Below, in pieces: positions 26,915 through 38,581 of a stretch of DNA of 64,000 bases. The translations under genes were made by a program, and so were the position numbers. Under the pieces are notes generated by a model. The model saw only the letters and a list, made by a program, of their open reading frames with translations, was not told the origin of the DNA and made no database searches. Numbering within the stretch: the stretch's first letter is position 1; each line of letters begins with the position of its first letter. Source of the stretch: Octopus bimaculoides (lineage: Eukaryota); NCBI RefSeq assembly GCF_001194135.2, contig NC_069003.1:13458189-13522188 (forward strand). Reading direction: 5' to 3'.

Positions 26915-27799
26915 TGGATTGTAACCTGGTACTGCTCTCCAGCTTACCAGTCAAACCGTCTGACCCATGCCAGCATGGAAAATGGACACTAAATGATGAT
27001 GATGATGATGATAACTCTCAGACTTATTTTTGAGTTCTTTATTCTCAGTGGCCAGACAGCTTCTTTTGGAATTTGTCGCCCTTGGATTGTGTATGGGTGG
27101 GTGTGCATGTGTGTATTACTGTCCCCTTGTCTTGACATCACATGATACTTGTGAAACAAAGATCACCATCATGCAAACGACATCCTTCATTTCCAGTCCT
27201 CTGTAAAAACACATCTGGTCTCAAGAAAATATTACCTTACTTGAAAACAGGTGAAGGATGGTGACAGAAAAAATGTCCAACCACAGAAAATCTACCTCAA
27301 TGAAGAAGAGGGGATGTTAAAACAATGAATGTGTGTGTGTGTGTGTGAGAGAGAGACTGTCTTAGTTTACATTTGTACTCTGCAAAAGTAATTCTTTATG
27401 GGTAGTATTGTTGTCAACAAATTATCCATTTGTTTCATGCCATTGGAAACGTGTGAAATAAGACATCCTTTTGTTTGAAAATCAGGTGAGAGTAAGCAGC
27501 AAGTGGGGTATCTGATTGTAGAACAACGCCTCAATGATGTTTCCATCTAACTCATGTTGGCACGGAAAAACAGATGTAAAACAGATGAACAAATACATGT
27601 GTGTGCATATGTATGCACATGAATATGCATATGTGCATCTATATATATATGTGTGTGTGTGTGTGTCTCAAGCTCTTAACTTCCTAGACAGGGTGAAACT
27701 TTGTAACAAAACTTGTTTTGGGTTGTTTTTAACTTGATGGAGCACATCCTTCTCCAGTCTGCTCACATCCGATTTTTTTATAGACATAGTTGCTGATCC

Positions 27800-28146
27800 C
27801 TTAAAGTGGAAGAGGGAGACCCAGGAAGACATGGGATGAAGTATTGAAGGCCGATCTCAAGACACTGAGCCTTACAAAGGAGATGACTAACGGCTGAGAT
27901 GTCTGGTGCTTTGCTGTACTGAAGAAGACCCACCCACCACAGCAGAAGTGGTACCAGTGCTGGTGCCAGGTTAAAAGCACCCAGTACACTCTGTGGAGTG
28001 GTTGGCATTAGGAAAGGCATCCAGCCATAGAAACCATGCTAGAACAGACAATGGAACCTGGTGTGGCCCTTTGCCTAACTCAGATCAAATCATCCAACCC
28101 ATGCCAGCATGGAGAATGGATGTTAAATGATGATGATGATGATGAT
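27800..28146 (+). mobile_element. RTE-clade LINE 3' fragment with 3' UTR and (GAT)n tail
   Basis: GRGRPRKTWDEVLKADLKTLSLTKEMT..DVW C-terminal motif, then ggttggcattaggaaaggcatccagc..acccatgccagcatgga..gatgatgat. Confidence 0.75.
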
Positions 28147-28269
28147 GGAGAGAGAGACAGACAGTGTGTGTGTGTGTGTGTGTGCGCGTGTGTTCACAGA
28201 ACATTATCCTAACAAAATATATATCATACATATAATTTAGCACATGTCCATATTTTTCTGCCATTTCAG

Positions 28270-28320
28270 TTGCTGAATTTATGGGATTCTAATAAATACT
28301 TTGACACAGAAACAATCAGG
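28270..28320 (+). CDS. CHERP: CHERP CID exon, copy 1 (probable assembly duplicate): LLNLWDSNKYFDTETIR
   Basis: Identical to 28443-28493; the copies are separated by a 10-N gap. Confidence 0.5.
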
Positions 28321-28442
28321 GTGAGTACNNNNNNNNNNGTGTGTGTGTGTGTGTGCGCGCGTGTGTTCACAGAACATTATCCTAACAAAATATATATCAT
28401 ACATATAATTTAGCACATGTCCATATTTTTCTGCCATTTCAG

Positions 28443-28493
28443 TTGCTGAATTTATGGGATTCTAATAAATACTTTGACACAGAAACAATCAGG
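28443..28493 (+). CDS. CHERP: CHERP CID exon, copy 2: LLNLWDSNKYFDTETIR
   Basis: ccatttcag| acceptor, |gtgagt donor, 51 nt phase 0-0; matches human LLQLWEKNGYFDDSIIQ. Confidence 0.9.
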
Positions 28494-29538
28494 GTGAGTA
28501 CTTCAGTGGCCTCTGTGTTCATACCCTTTTTTTTTTTTTTTGTTAGGGAGTATTCCAATACCTTTGTGTCTACAAATGTACATTTGTGTTTGTGGGTGAG
28601 TGCATGTACACCTCTGTGTGTAGTATTTGTGGAGGAAGAGTGCATATATATTTATTTATTTATGTATATGTGTGCAATTGAGATCATATGTTTTTCTCTG
28701 TGAGAAATAAGATCACAAATGGCAGGAAGAAAAATGAACACAATCCAGCGAGAAAAGTATTTAAAATGTTTGTTTTTAATGTTCAGTTATAAGGAAAATA
28801 ATTTCACATTAATCTGATGGGTTAGTCTGTACTTTTGTAGAGGACAAGTTACTGAAGAGATTGCAAGAGTGCAATGAAATAATTTAACAAAAAACTATAT
28901 AAATTAATAAAGGACTGAACCAGTGCGTGTGTTTATTACCGGCATAATGCCTCTCCCAAGGTTTAATTGTATTTCTTTCAACACACGTATCCACATCAAG
29001 AATCTTGCACACGAAATACACATACGAAATTTATTATTCTTATACAAGAATGTTGTTGACAGTGACTTTGAAGTTTTGGCCAACTAAGCCATTGTTGGAC
29101 TGCAGTGCATTAGAATTTACCTTGCCTTTATATAGTCTCTGTTGAGTTAAAATCATCTTTGGATGTGTGGGTTTGTTAGTCGATGTCAGCAACATTCTTG
29201 TACAAGAATAATATATATATATATATATATATANNNNNNNNNNNNNNNNNNNNNNNNNNNNNNNNNNNNNNNNNNNNNNNNNNNNNNNNNNNNNNNNNNN
29301 NNNNNNNNNNNNNNNNNNNNNNNNNNNNNNNNNNNNNNNNNNNNNNNNNNNNNNNNNNNNNNNNNNNNNNNNNNNNNNNNNNNNNNNNNNNNNNNNNNNN
29401 NNNNNNNNNNNNNNNNNNNNNNNNNNNNNNNNNNNNNNNNNNNNNNNNNNNNNNNNNNNNNNNNNNNNNNNNNNNNNNNNNNNNNNNNNNNNNNNNNNNN
29501 NNNNNNNNNNNNNNNNNNNNNNNNNNNNNNNNNNNNNN

Positions 29539-29593
<55 letters not shown>

Positions 29594-30050
29594 GATATAG
29601 ATATAGATATACAGAATATATAAGAAGTTGTCATCAACGGACATAAAGTGATAGGTATGCACAATGAGTGCTCAGTTAGGTCTACCACTGACACTCTGGC
29701 TTGAACTGAAAGTGTGGTGTTCAGACATCCCATCAAAGGTGGCTAGAAGTGGTTTCTCCTTGAGCAGGTAGATATAGATTTAAAGTAAAAATGGAAAAGC
29801 AAAACGTTTGGCATCACTTGAAAAGGACATTTAATTTAGTTTGAGAATATAAATAAAGTCTCTGCTGATATTCTCTAACTAAATTAAATGCCTCTTTCAA
29901 GTGATGCTAAACATTTTGCTTTTTCAGTTTTACTTTAATCTCTGTGTATATGTGTGTGTAGGAAGAGAGAGAGAGAGAAAGTGTGTGTGGTGTATGTGTT
30001 TATATGGATATATGTATGTATTTATTTCTAATGTTTTTGTGTCATTTCAG

Positions 30051-30089
30051 AAACTGAAAGACCCTGTGGAATCTGTGGCCAATTATCAG
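30051..30089 (+). CDS. CHERP: CHERP exon: KLKDPVESVANYQ
   Basis: gtcatttcag| acceptor, |gtaagg donor, 39 nt phase 0-0; positionally equals human QLQSPALGLGQYQ. Confidence 0.88.
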
Positions 30090-30313
30090 GTAAGGAATTC
30101 TGGGAAATATATATCCTCTATACAGCACCCCCATCAAGACATTGTTTTCTTCATCATCATCATAGTCATCAAAATATTCGCCATGTACCCACCATCACCA
30201 CTATTGTCACCATCAGCAGCAGTCTCACAATTACATTCATCTGTGTGTGGGGGCAGGGTGTGGAAAGCTCACAGTGAGGCTGGTTCTTTTATGTCATTTC
30301 GGTGCCTCTAGAT

Positions 30314-30644
30314 TAGTGGTTTTCAACCGTGGTCCATATAAAATTTTGATGGGGTCCACACTACAAAATAGGAAATTAGGGATCCACTATAGTATTTTCA
30401 GGGCCCCTGAAAAAACTCTGGCTTAGATGTATGTATTGGTATGTATTGCAAGAAACAGCTGGGTTTCTTTCTCTAACATTTTACATAGTCCAACCTACAC
30501 AAGTTAATGTGGGAAAAACAAAATAGGAATTTTGAAAGAAGCTTCTATAAAACTAGTTTTTAAACATTGGATGGCTATGAGGGTCCACCAGAATAAAATA
30601 GTAATCAAAGGGGTCCACAGATAAAAAATGGTTGGGTACACCTG
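30314..30644. mobile_element. hAT (Charlie-like) MITE; related partial copies at about 13845 and 57306
   Basis: TIRs tagtggttttcaacc / ggttgggtacacctg; degenerate TSD ctctagat / ctctacgt. Confidence 0.7.
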
Positions 30645-31305
30645 CTCTACGTTATCATTATGGACAAAAACAGATTGCAGAGTTGTTCACTTTGTTCTCT
30701 ATTAAAACCTGGTGTCTTACCCAGGAAGAATTTTCTCTCTCATACATAGCACTGGTTGTCAAGCGGTGGTGGGAGACAAACACAGACACAAAGACACACA
30801 CATACACATAAATACACACACACGCACACACACGACAGTTTTCTTTCAGTTTCTGTCTACAAAATCCAATTACAAGTCTTTGGTCAGCCCGAAGCTATAC
30901 TAAAAGATCGTACCATGCTGTGGGACTGAATCCAGGACCATGTGGTTGAGAAGCAAGCTTCCTACCACACATCCATTCTGGCATCTCTGAGGATGACTTT
31001 CTTTAGGCATAAATCAGATGTCGTAACTCAGTATACATTTTCTTTAGAATAAAGTCTTAGATAAGTATAGAACATGCTTGTGCAACATCTTCGAGCTATT
31101 TAATGAAGTGTATGTTTATTTTGATGAAGCTCTAAGATGTTGCACAAACACTCAGCTCTAAGTGCACTGCACCCTATAACAGAAACAGCTGTAAGCTAAT
31201 GAAGTTGTTTACATAATTCCCATTCCCTTGTGATTCCATGATATAGATAGACAGACAGTCAGGCGTCTGTGTTAGTGTTTATATACAGTATATTTATGCT
31301 CTATT

Positions 31306-31468
31306 ATAGGCGCAGGAGTGGCTATGTGGTAAGTAGCTTGCTTACCAACCACATGGTTCTGGGTTCAGTCTTACTGCATTGCACCTTGGGCAAGTGTCTT
31401 CTACTGTAGCCAAACACCAGTGAAAACCTTGTGAATAGGTTTGGTAGATGGAAACTGAAAGAAGCCCA
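31306..31468 (+). mobile_element. SINE family A, 5' half
   Basis: Head through gaaactgaaagaagccc. Confidence 0.85.
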
Positions 31469-31819
31469 TTGTGTATATATGTATGTATTTGTGTGTGTTT
31501 GTATCTCCTTGTCTTGACATAGTTGTAAACAAGCATCACCAGTATACAAGCAGTGTTCTTCATTTCTGATATTCCATGAAAAACATGTCTGGTCATGGGG
31601 AAATATCGCCTTGTTTGGAAACAGGTGAGGGTTAATGAATGGAAGGGTATGTGGTTGTTGAAAATTCACCTCAGTAATTTCTGCCTGACTCATGCAAGCA
31701 TAGGACATCAATATGGTAACACTGCTGATGATGATGGTGATGCTGATGATGTGTGTGTGTGTGTGTGTGTGCATAAGTATATATATATATGTATATGGTG
31801 TGTCTATATGTATTTGCAG

Positions 31820-32003
31820 GCCAGCCTTATCACTGAGTATGGTAACTTGGTCACACAGATTACAGCTGCCATCCAGTCCCAGTATGGACAACTCCAGAAG
31901 CAGCACCAAGAATTCGCTTCACACCTCAACCTACAGTTGCAGCAGCGACAAGAACAGCTGCAGCTGTTGCAGCAAGTGGGAGGACCACCACCTCAACAGT
32001 CAG
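31820..32003 (+). CDS. CHERP: CHERP exon: ASLITEYGNLVTQITAAIQSQYGQLQKQHQEFASHLNLQLQQRQEQLQLLQQVGGPPPQQS
   Basis: tatttgcag| acceptor, |gtatag donor, 184 nt phase 0-1; matches human ATLINEYSSVVQ...QHEEFV. Confidence 0.92.
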
Positions 32004-32589
32004 GTATAGTGTCAGTGTTATTGATGTCAGAGGTCAGAGAGGAGGAGTTGGAGGAGGGGAGAGGCAATGGAATGGTCGGAGATGTGGATGTTTGCCTCTC
32101 CATCCCCACCTTCTTAGAGGTTGTTTATGCCAATTAATGGACCTTATTTACCTTTACAGTCTTGACACCCCCTCCCCCAGGGGTAGAGAGTCTTTCAATG
32201 TTGGAGGGCCACATCTGGTAGGACAGCATATCCAAATCAATTTCTATATTTACTAAATCTATTATTTTATAAAATATAATTATTAAATGAAACCTAACGA
32301 AATATAACAAAGCCGAGTTTTGATGGAATAGAATTTCCATGGTAATTTTTTTTTATGGTGCGGAGGTAGGGTAGTGGGAAATTCTTTGTGATTCTTGTGT
32401 TTTAAAGACCAATTTAATTACTTCAAACAAATAATTTACAACTTTACAAATAAAGAAATATAATTAGATGTTTCTAAGATTCGAAATGGGTTGAAAAGTC
32501 AGGCTTTAAAATATGATTATATCGACTAAAATATTTTCCAGTTTAGTGATTTTATTTTTTACTGCAAATGTAATTCTTTCAGAGGACAA

Positions 32590-32735
32590 CATAAAACTCT
32601 TCACAAGGTCAGCAAAACCTTTCACAAGGCCATATACAACCCTTCACAAGGTCACACATAGCCTTTCTAAAGGCCACACACAACTTTTCAGAAGGTCACA
32701 CACAACCCTTCACAAGGTCACACACAGCCCTTCTG
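32590..32735. repeat. 22-bp minisatellite (ccttcacaaggtcacacacaac), about 6 units
   Basis: Direct inspection. Confidence 0.8.
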
Positions 32736-32873
32736 AAGTTCCCAGGTTCCCTACCTTTGGTCTTGCCCCTAATAAAGTGAGAGCATGCCAATGTTTGACT
32801 GCCTCTGTTGTGAGTTTCTCTTTGACCCCATCTCTACATCTCTTACATGACACATGATTGCTTCTATTTTCAG

Positions 32874-33265
32874 GTTCTGTTGGACGGGACAATTCAGCAC
32901 CTCAGTCCGTACCCCCAGCAGGAGTTGCACCCCAAGTTCCCCCAACAGTGCCCCAGCAAGTTGCTCCTCCCATCCTGCCACCCAACATGCCCAACAGTAC
33001 GGCGTCACCTGTGCCACCCGGCATGTCAACCTCCACAAGCATGGCAAATATTACCCTACCCCCTCAGCAACCTCCACCCAATACGAGGCCTGGCCCAACA
33101 CAGCCCCCCGTGATGCCTGGAAACCCGGGACCACCACCACAGAACATGCCACAGGGCATGCCCCCTCAAGGAATGCCACCGCAAGGAATGGGCCCTGGGG
33201 TACCCCCTTCTGTACATAATGCTATCACTGGAGCACCAAGAGGAGCAGCAGGTCCATTCCCACAG
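32874..33265 (+). CDS. CHERP: CHERP Pro-rich exon: GSVGRDNSAPQ...GAPRGAAGPFPQ
   Basis: ctattttcag| acceptor, |gtaaga donor, 392 nt phase 1-0, open Pro/Gln/Met-rich frame. Confidence 0.88.
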
Positions 33266-33319
33266 GTAAGATGTTTCTCTCACACCTCTCTCTTTTTTTG
33301 TGTTTCTTTTATCTTTTAC

Positions 33320-33745
33320 TAGTTTCAGTCATTAGACTGCGGCCATGCTGGGGCACTGCCTTGAAGATTTTCTTTCCAGTCAAATGAATCAACACCAGAA
33401 CCTTTTTTTTTGCTCTTCAGCATGTTACTTGTTTTATCTGTCTCTTTTGCCCAACTGCTAAGTTACAGGGACATAGAAAAACAAACACCAGTTTTCAAAT
33501 GGTGGTGGGAGACAAACACAGACACAAAGACACACTCATGCACCACACACACACACACATACACACACACACACATAACAGGCTTCTTTCAGTTTCTGTC
33601 TACCAAATCCACTCACAAGGCTTGGCTTTGGTCAACTCGAGACTATAGTAGAAGACACTTGCCCAAGGTGCCACACATTGGGACTGAACCTGGAACCATG
33701 TGATTAGGAAGCAAAATTCTTACCACACAGCCACACCTGCACCTA
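33320..33745 (-). mobile_element. SINE family A, reverse copy
   Basis: Reverse complement of the family consensus. Confidence 0.85.
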
Positions 33746-34287
33746 CATTCCTGTATATGCCTGAATTCATAAACCAGGAGTATAATGGTTATGTGTGGAC
33801 AGGCATGAATGTAAGCACAGATAGCGAAATGGTTAAAAAGTTTGATGTTCAATCATGAGATTCTTGGACAAGTCATCTACTACTGGTTAAGGTCAGTACA
33901 AGTCTTGTAAATGAAATTAACAGAAAACTGTTCAAAAGCCCACCGTCAACTGTTAATCTCCATATTCCTTACTGGCATGGGTAAGATGATTTCACAGGAT
34001 CCTACAGGTCCAAGGACTGTATTATATTCTAATGTCTGCTTCAGCATAATTTCTACAGCTGGACACTCTTCCTAATGCCAACCACTTTACAAAGTGTAGT
34101 GAGGTTGTCATGCAGATCGCATGACTAAGAGTCCCTTCGACTGAATAGGACTACAATAGAAAGAGAGGATTAAGGTGACAAGTAGGGAATTTCGTTTCTT
34201 CTTTGCCGAGCACTTCCTTTATTGTGATGGTCTTGATGACTCTGTAGACCAATTCTTGCATGGAAGAGTCGACGGCATTGATTGCAT

Positions 34288-34828
34288 TTACTCTTTTACT
34301 TGTTTCAGTCATTTGACCGCGGTCATGCTGGGGCACCGCCTTTAGTCGAACAAATCGACCCCAGGACTTATTCTTTGTAAGCCTAGCACTTATTCTGTCA
34401 GTCTCTTTTTGCCGAACCGCCAAGTTACGAGGACGTAAACACACCAGCATCGGTTGTCAAGCGACGTTGGGGGGACAAATACAGACACACAAACACATAN
34501 NNNNNNNNNNNNNNNNNNNNNNNNNNNNNNNNNNNNNNNNNNNNNNNNNNNNNNNNNNNNNNNNNNNNNNNNNNNNNNNNNNNNNNNNNNNNNNNNNNNN
34601 NNNNNNNNNNNNNNNNNNNNNNNNNNNNNNNTAGCATCTACACTTTCAGATATATATACATATATACGACGGGCTTCTTTCAGTTCCTGTCTACCAAATC
34701 CACTCAAAAGGCTTTGGTCGGCCTGAGGCTATAGTAGAAGACACTTGCCCAAGGTGCCACGCAGTGGGACTGAACCCGGAACCATGTGGTTAGTAAGCAA
34801 GCTACTTACCACACAGCCACTCCTGCGC
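34288..34828 (-). mobile_element. SINE family A, reverse copy (young, CpG-rich)
   Basis: Reverse complement of the family consensus. Confidence 0.88.
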
Positions 34829-35019
34829 ATGGTAATGTTTGTGGAGGAGGAGACTGATTTTGTTGAGATTTTCTCTCCTGTTGTTTGATTTCTTTCTTTT
34901 CTCTTCTGGTGGCTTTGAAGTTTTTGTTTTGGTAGTGATGGAACACTGCCTCTTGATATGGTCTCAGGTTTGTGTTTCAAATGATTTAGGCACGTTATTT
35001 TGTGTACAAAGTGCAATGC

Positions 35020-35430
35020 AAAATTAGAGTAAGACAGCAAGACATAGGCACTGAAGGCAGAATGTGTGTGTGATGGTTGGAGAGAAAGAAAAACAAGTGT
35101 GTTCCACTTGATGTGTAATGTTCGTATGTGTTGGTGGCAGAGTCTGGATGAGTTGAGAGATAAACCAAATGGTATAAGAGGAATCAGCTGTTACATGTAA
35201 GAAGGAAAACTGTTTTGGCATGGACGTGCGATGTATATGGACGGTAAGAGATGGGTAAAGAAGTGTCAGGAGAGCCTAGAGGAAGACCAAGGTAGACATA
35301 GACAGAAGAGGTAAAAACTTAAAAGCATACCTCTGGATGTTGTAAAGTATGCAAACAAATAGCAAAATGTTGCATTGGAAGGGAACCCACTGACCCATAC
35401 AAGCATGGAAAATGGATGTGATGATGATAT
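35020..35430 (+). mobile_element. Degenerate RTE-like LINE 3' fragment
   Basis: Remnant motifs resembling RL.WHG.V..M..KRWVKKC..RGRPR and an acccatacaagcatggaa..gatgatgat tail. Confidence 0.5.
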
Positions 35431-35654
35431 TCTTTTATTCTATTTACTTGTTTCAGTCATTTGACTGTGGCCATGCTGGAGCACTGCCTTTGGTTGAACA
35501 AATCTACCCCAGGACTTATTCTTTGTAAGCCTAGTACTTATTCTATCGGGCTCTTTTGCCGAACTGCTAAGTTACTGAGACATAAACACACCAACATTGG
35601 TTGTCAAGCGATGGTGGGGGGACAAACACAGACACACACAAACACATACATACA

Positions 35655-35712
<58 letters not shown>

Positions 35713-35873
35713 ACGGGCTTCTTTCAGTTTCCATCTACCAAATCCACTCACAAGGCTTCGGTCAGCCAGAGGCTATAGTAGAAGACACTTGCCCAAGGTG
35801 CCACGCAATAGGACTGAACCTGGAACCATGTGGTTGGTAAGCAAGCTACTTACCACACAGCCACTCCTGCGCC
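35431..35873 (-). mobile_element. SINE family A, reverse copy
   Basis: Reverse complement of the family consensus. Confidence 0.88.
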
Positions 35874-35982
35874 GATATGTAAATTATATTAACCCTTTGT
35901 TTGTCCTGTATATCACATGGGATATGTTCTTCTATAATGCATGAATGTTCTCTTGTTTGCTAACGATTATTATTTTATTATT

Positions 35983-36229
35983 AAGGTGGTGAGGTGGCAG
36001 AATCGTTAGCATACCAGGCAAAATGCATAGTGGCATTTTGTCCATTTTCACATTTTGAGTTCATATTCCACTAGGGTCAACTTTGCCTTTTCATCCTTTC
36101 AGGGTTGATAACATAAGTACCATTTGAACACTGGGGTTGATGTTAATCGACTTACCTGCTTCCCGAAATTGCTGGCCTTGTGCCAAAATTTGAAACCATT
36201 ATCATTATTATTATAATTATCATTATCAT
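35983..36229 (+). mobile_element. SINE family B ending about 13 nt upstream of CHERP exon 36243
   Basis: Family consensus plus degenerate (ATT)n tail. Confidence 0.85.
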
Positions 36230-36242
36230 TTGTGTATTTCAG

Positions 36243-37220
36243 GGTCCACCTCCAAGCATGCAGCAGCCAGGCTCACATGTGGCAAGTGGAACAGGTGGTG
36301 CCAATACTAGTGGGCCACCACCAAACTTTGCACCTCCTAATTTTGGTGGCCCACCCCCTCCTTTTGGCCCACCTATGCCAAACTATCATAGCCGACCACC
36401 AATGCCTGGTCCTGGAGCCGGAGGACCAGGACCTGGCCCTGGACTAAACCAAGGCCCTGGACTAAACCAAGGCCCAGGCCCTGCACATGGCCCTGGTCCT
36501 ACTCATGGCCCAGGCTCATCCCATGGACCAGGTCCAGTACCTTCCCATGGACCAGGCCCCGCACACGGCCCAGGCCCCGCACATGGCCCAGGCCCCGCAC
36601 ATGGCCCAGGCCCAGCTCATGGACCTGGTCCCACTCATGGACCTGGTCCCACTCATGGACCTGGTCCCACTCATGGACCNNNNNNNNNNNNNNNNNNNNN
36701 NNNNNNNNNNNNNNNNNNNNNNNNNNNNNNNNNNNNNNNNNNNNNNNNNNNNNNNNNNNNNNNNNNNNNNNNNNNNNNNNNNNNNNNNNNNNNNNNNNNN
36801 NNNNNNNNNNNNNNNNNNNNNNNNNNNNNNNNNNNNNNNNNNNNNNNNNNNNNNNNNNNNNNNNNNNNNNNNNNNNNNNNNNNNNNNNNNNNNNNNNNNN
36901 NNNNNNNNNNNNNNNNNNNNNNNNNNNNNNNNNNNNNNNNNNNNNNNNNNNNNNNNNNGGTCCAGCTCATGGACCGGGTCCAGCTCATGGACCGGGTCCA
37001 GCTCATGGACCGGGTCCAGCTCATGGACCGGGTCCAGCTCATGGACCGGGTCCAGCTCAAGGGCCTGGTCCTGCCCAAGGGCCAGGTCCAGCCCACGGAC
37101 CAGGCCCAGTCCATGGGCAGGGTCCAGCCCATGGACCTGGCCCCACACATGGACCGGGACCAGCCCATGGACCTGGCCCCAATCAACCTCCACCCCCTCA
37201 GCTGATTGATTATGGCCATG
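36243..37220 (+). CDS. CHERP: CHERP Pro/Gly/His-rich exon containing the (GPGP[AT]H)n repeat, interrupted by N gap 36680-36958; ends PPPPQLIDYGH
   Basis: tgtatttcag| acceptor, g|gtaagt donor (phase 1, compatible with next exon); the same hexapeptide repeat is read on both sides of the gap. Confidence 0.85.
36423..37186 (+). repeat. Coding 18-bp tandem repeat encoding GPGP[AT]H hexapeptides
   Basis: About 21 His-containing units plus Gln variants visible; 279-N gap inside. Confidence 0.95.
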
Positions 37221-37533
37221 GTAAGTTAATATACTTATGTCTGTCTGTCTGTCTGTGTATGTGTATTTGTGCTGATGTGTATGAAATTATCTTCATCATT
37301 GTGTGTTTGTATATAATTACATTGTTTGTGTGTGTGTGTGTGTGTAATTTACATTCCTATGTATCTGTATCAATGTGTATGTGTGTGTGATTTAGTTTAC
37401 CAACTCATGTGTTTGTAGTAGTGTGTATGCGTGTATTTGTGTATGTGTGGAACTATCTACATGTATGTGTATGTATACGTCTGTGTCTCACACACATCCA
37501 CATTGTTCCAACATTGTTTCTTTGTATTTCCAG

Positions 37534-37736
37534 GTTTATTGCCTCCGCTACCCCTGGAGTTCCGTGGACCACCTACCCCTCACCCATCAGCCCCACTCCC
37601 AATGCCTGACTTCAGTAAACCACCTCCTGGTTTCCCTCAGGCTCCACCACCAATACCTCTACCCACAGAAATGGACCTCACCCCATCTGTCCCTTACTAT
37701 GAACTCCCAGCTGGATTAATGTCTCTTTTGGTTAAC
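37534..37736 (+). CDS. CHERP: CHERP exon: GLLPPLP...PDFSKPPPGFP...PSVPYYELPAGLMSLLVN
   Basis: gtatttccag| acceptor, |gtaagt donor, 203 nt phase 1-0; PYYELPAGLM matches human PYFDLPAGLM. Confidence 0.95.
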
Positions 37737-37757
37737 GTAAGTCTCTCTCTCTCTTGT

Positions 37758-37796
<39 letters not shown>

Positions 37797-37947
37797 TTAC
37801 ATTCACTCATTTTCTTTCCCTTCAACCCTGTCTCCTTACCATCTCTCTTTCTCTCTTAACTATTTCATTAACATTCATACACACATACAAACACTCTCTC
37901 TCTCTTTCTCCCCCTCCTCCCACATGATATACACATACACTCTAAAT

Positions 37948-38234
37948 CAGTGGTTCCCAAACTTTCTCTGGCTGCCACCCCCTTGGCACTCAGGCTACAT
38001 TCCTAGCAACCCTCTCAGCACAAACACAACTCTGTAACAAATTCAAAATTACTGTATTTCACAAATAAAACTTGACCTATTTAACCCATTATTTTGGGTT
38101 CTTTTCACATCCATCGTCCCCTTTTGACCATCCCATTTTCACCCCACTTTTCTTCAATACCCCCTTGGATCATTCCATTCCACACACACCCACTCCACCG
38201 GGTGTGGCTGTACCATCCACTTTGAGAACCTCTG
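37948..38234. mobile_element. hAT (Charlie-like) MITE
   Basis: TIRs cagtggttcccaaa / tttgagaacctctg; 8-bp TSD ctctaaat / ctctaaac. Confidence 0.8.
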
Positions 38235-38447
38235 CTCTAAACCATCTTTCACCCTGTTCTGTAGCCATACCCTTTTCTCCCTCTCTTAAACACCATCACA
38301 CTCTCTTGCTCTGTCTTTCTTCATTTCTCTCCTTTCCTCTCACTGTTTGTCATATGTTATTATCTCATCAATGATGAGACCAAACCTCCCTCTCCTAATG
38401 ATGATGTCCACTAAAGCCTGTCTGCCCTCCTGTTTCTGTTGTTCCAG

Positions 38448-38581
38448 TTGGAGGACTGTGATTACAAGGCCCTCGATCCCAAGGACATCCGATTGCCCCC
38501 TCCAATGCCACCAAGTGAGCGACTACTAGCAGCTGTGGAAGCCTTCTATAGTGCCCCGTCACATGACAGGCCGAGGGACAG
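38448..38581 (+). CDS. CHERP: CHERP exon: LEDCDYKALDPKDIRLPPPMPPSERLLAAVEAFYSAPSHDRPRDS
   Basis: Near-identical to human LEDHEYKPLDPKDIRLPPPMPPSERLLAAVEAFYSPPSHDRPRNS; gttccag| and |gtgagt; 134 nt phase 0-2. Confidence 0.98.

Noticed and set aside
36487-37219. Alternative-frame and antisense ORFs over the repeat (VQLMDR, ELDPVH, SMSWTR repeats)
   Set aside because: Shadows of the 18-bp coding repeat; only the GPGPAH frame links to both splice sites and CHERP homology
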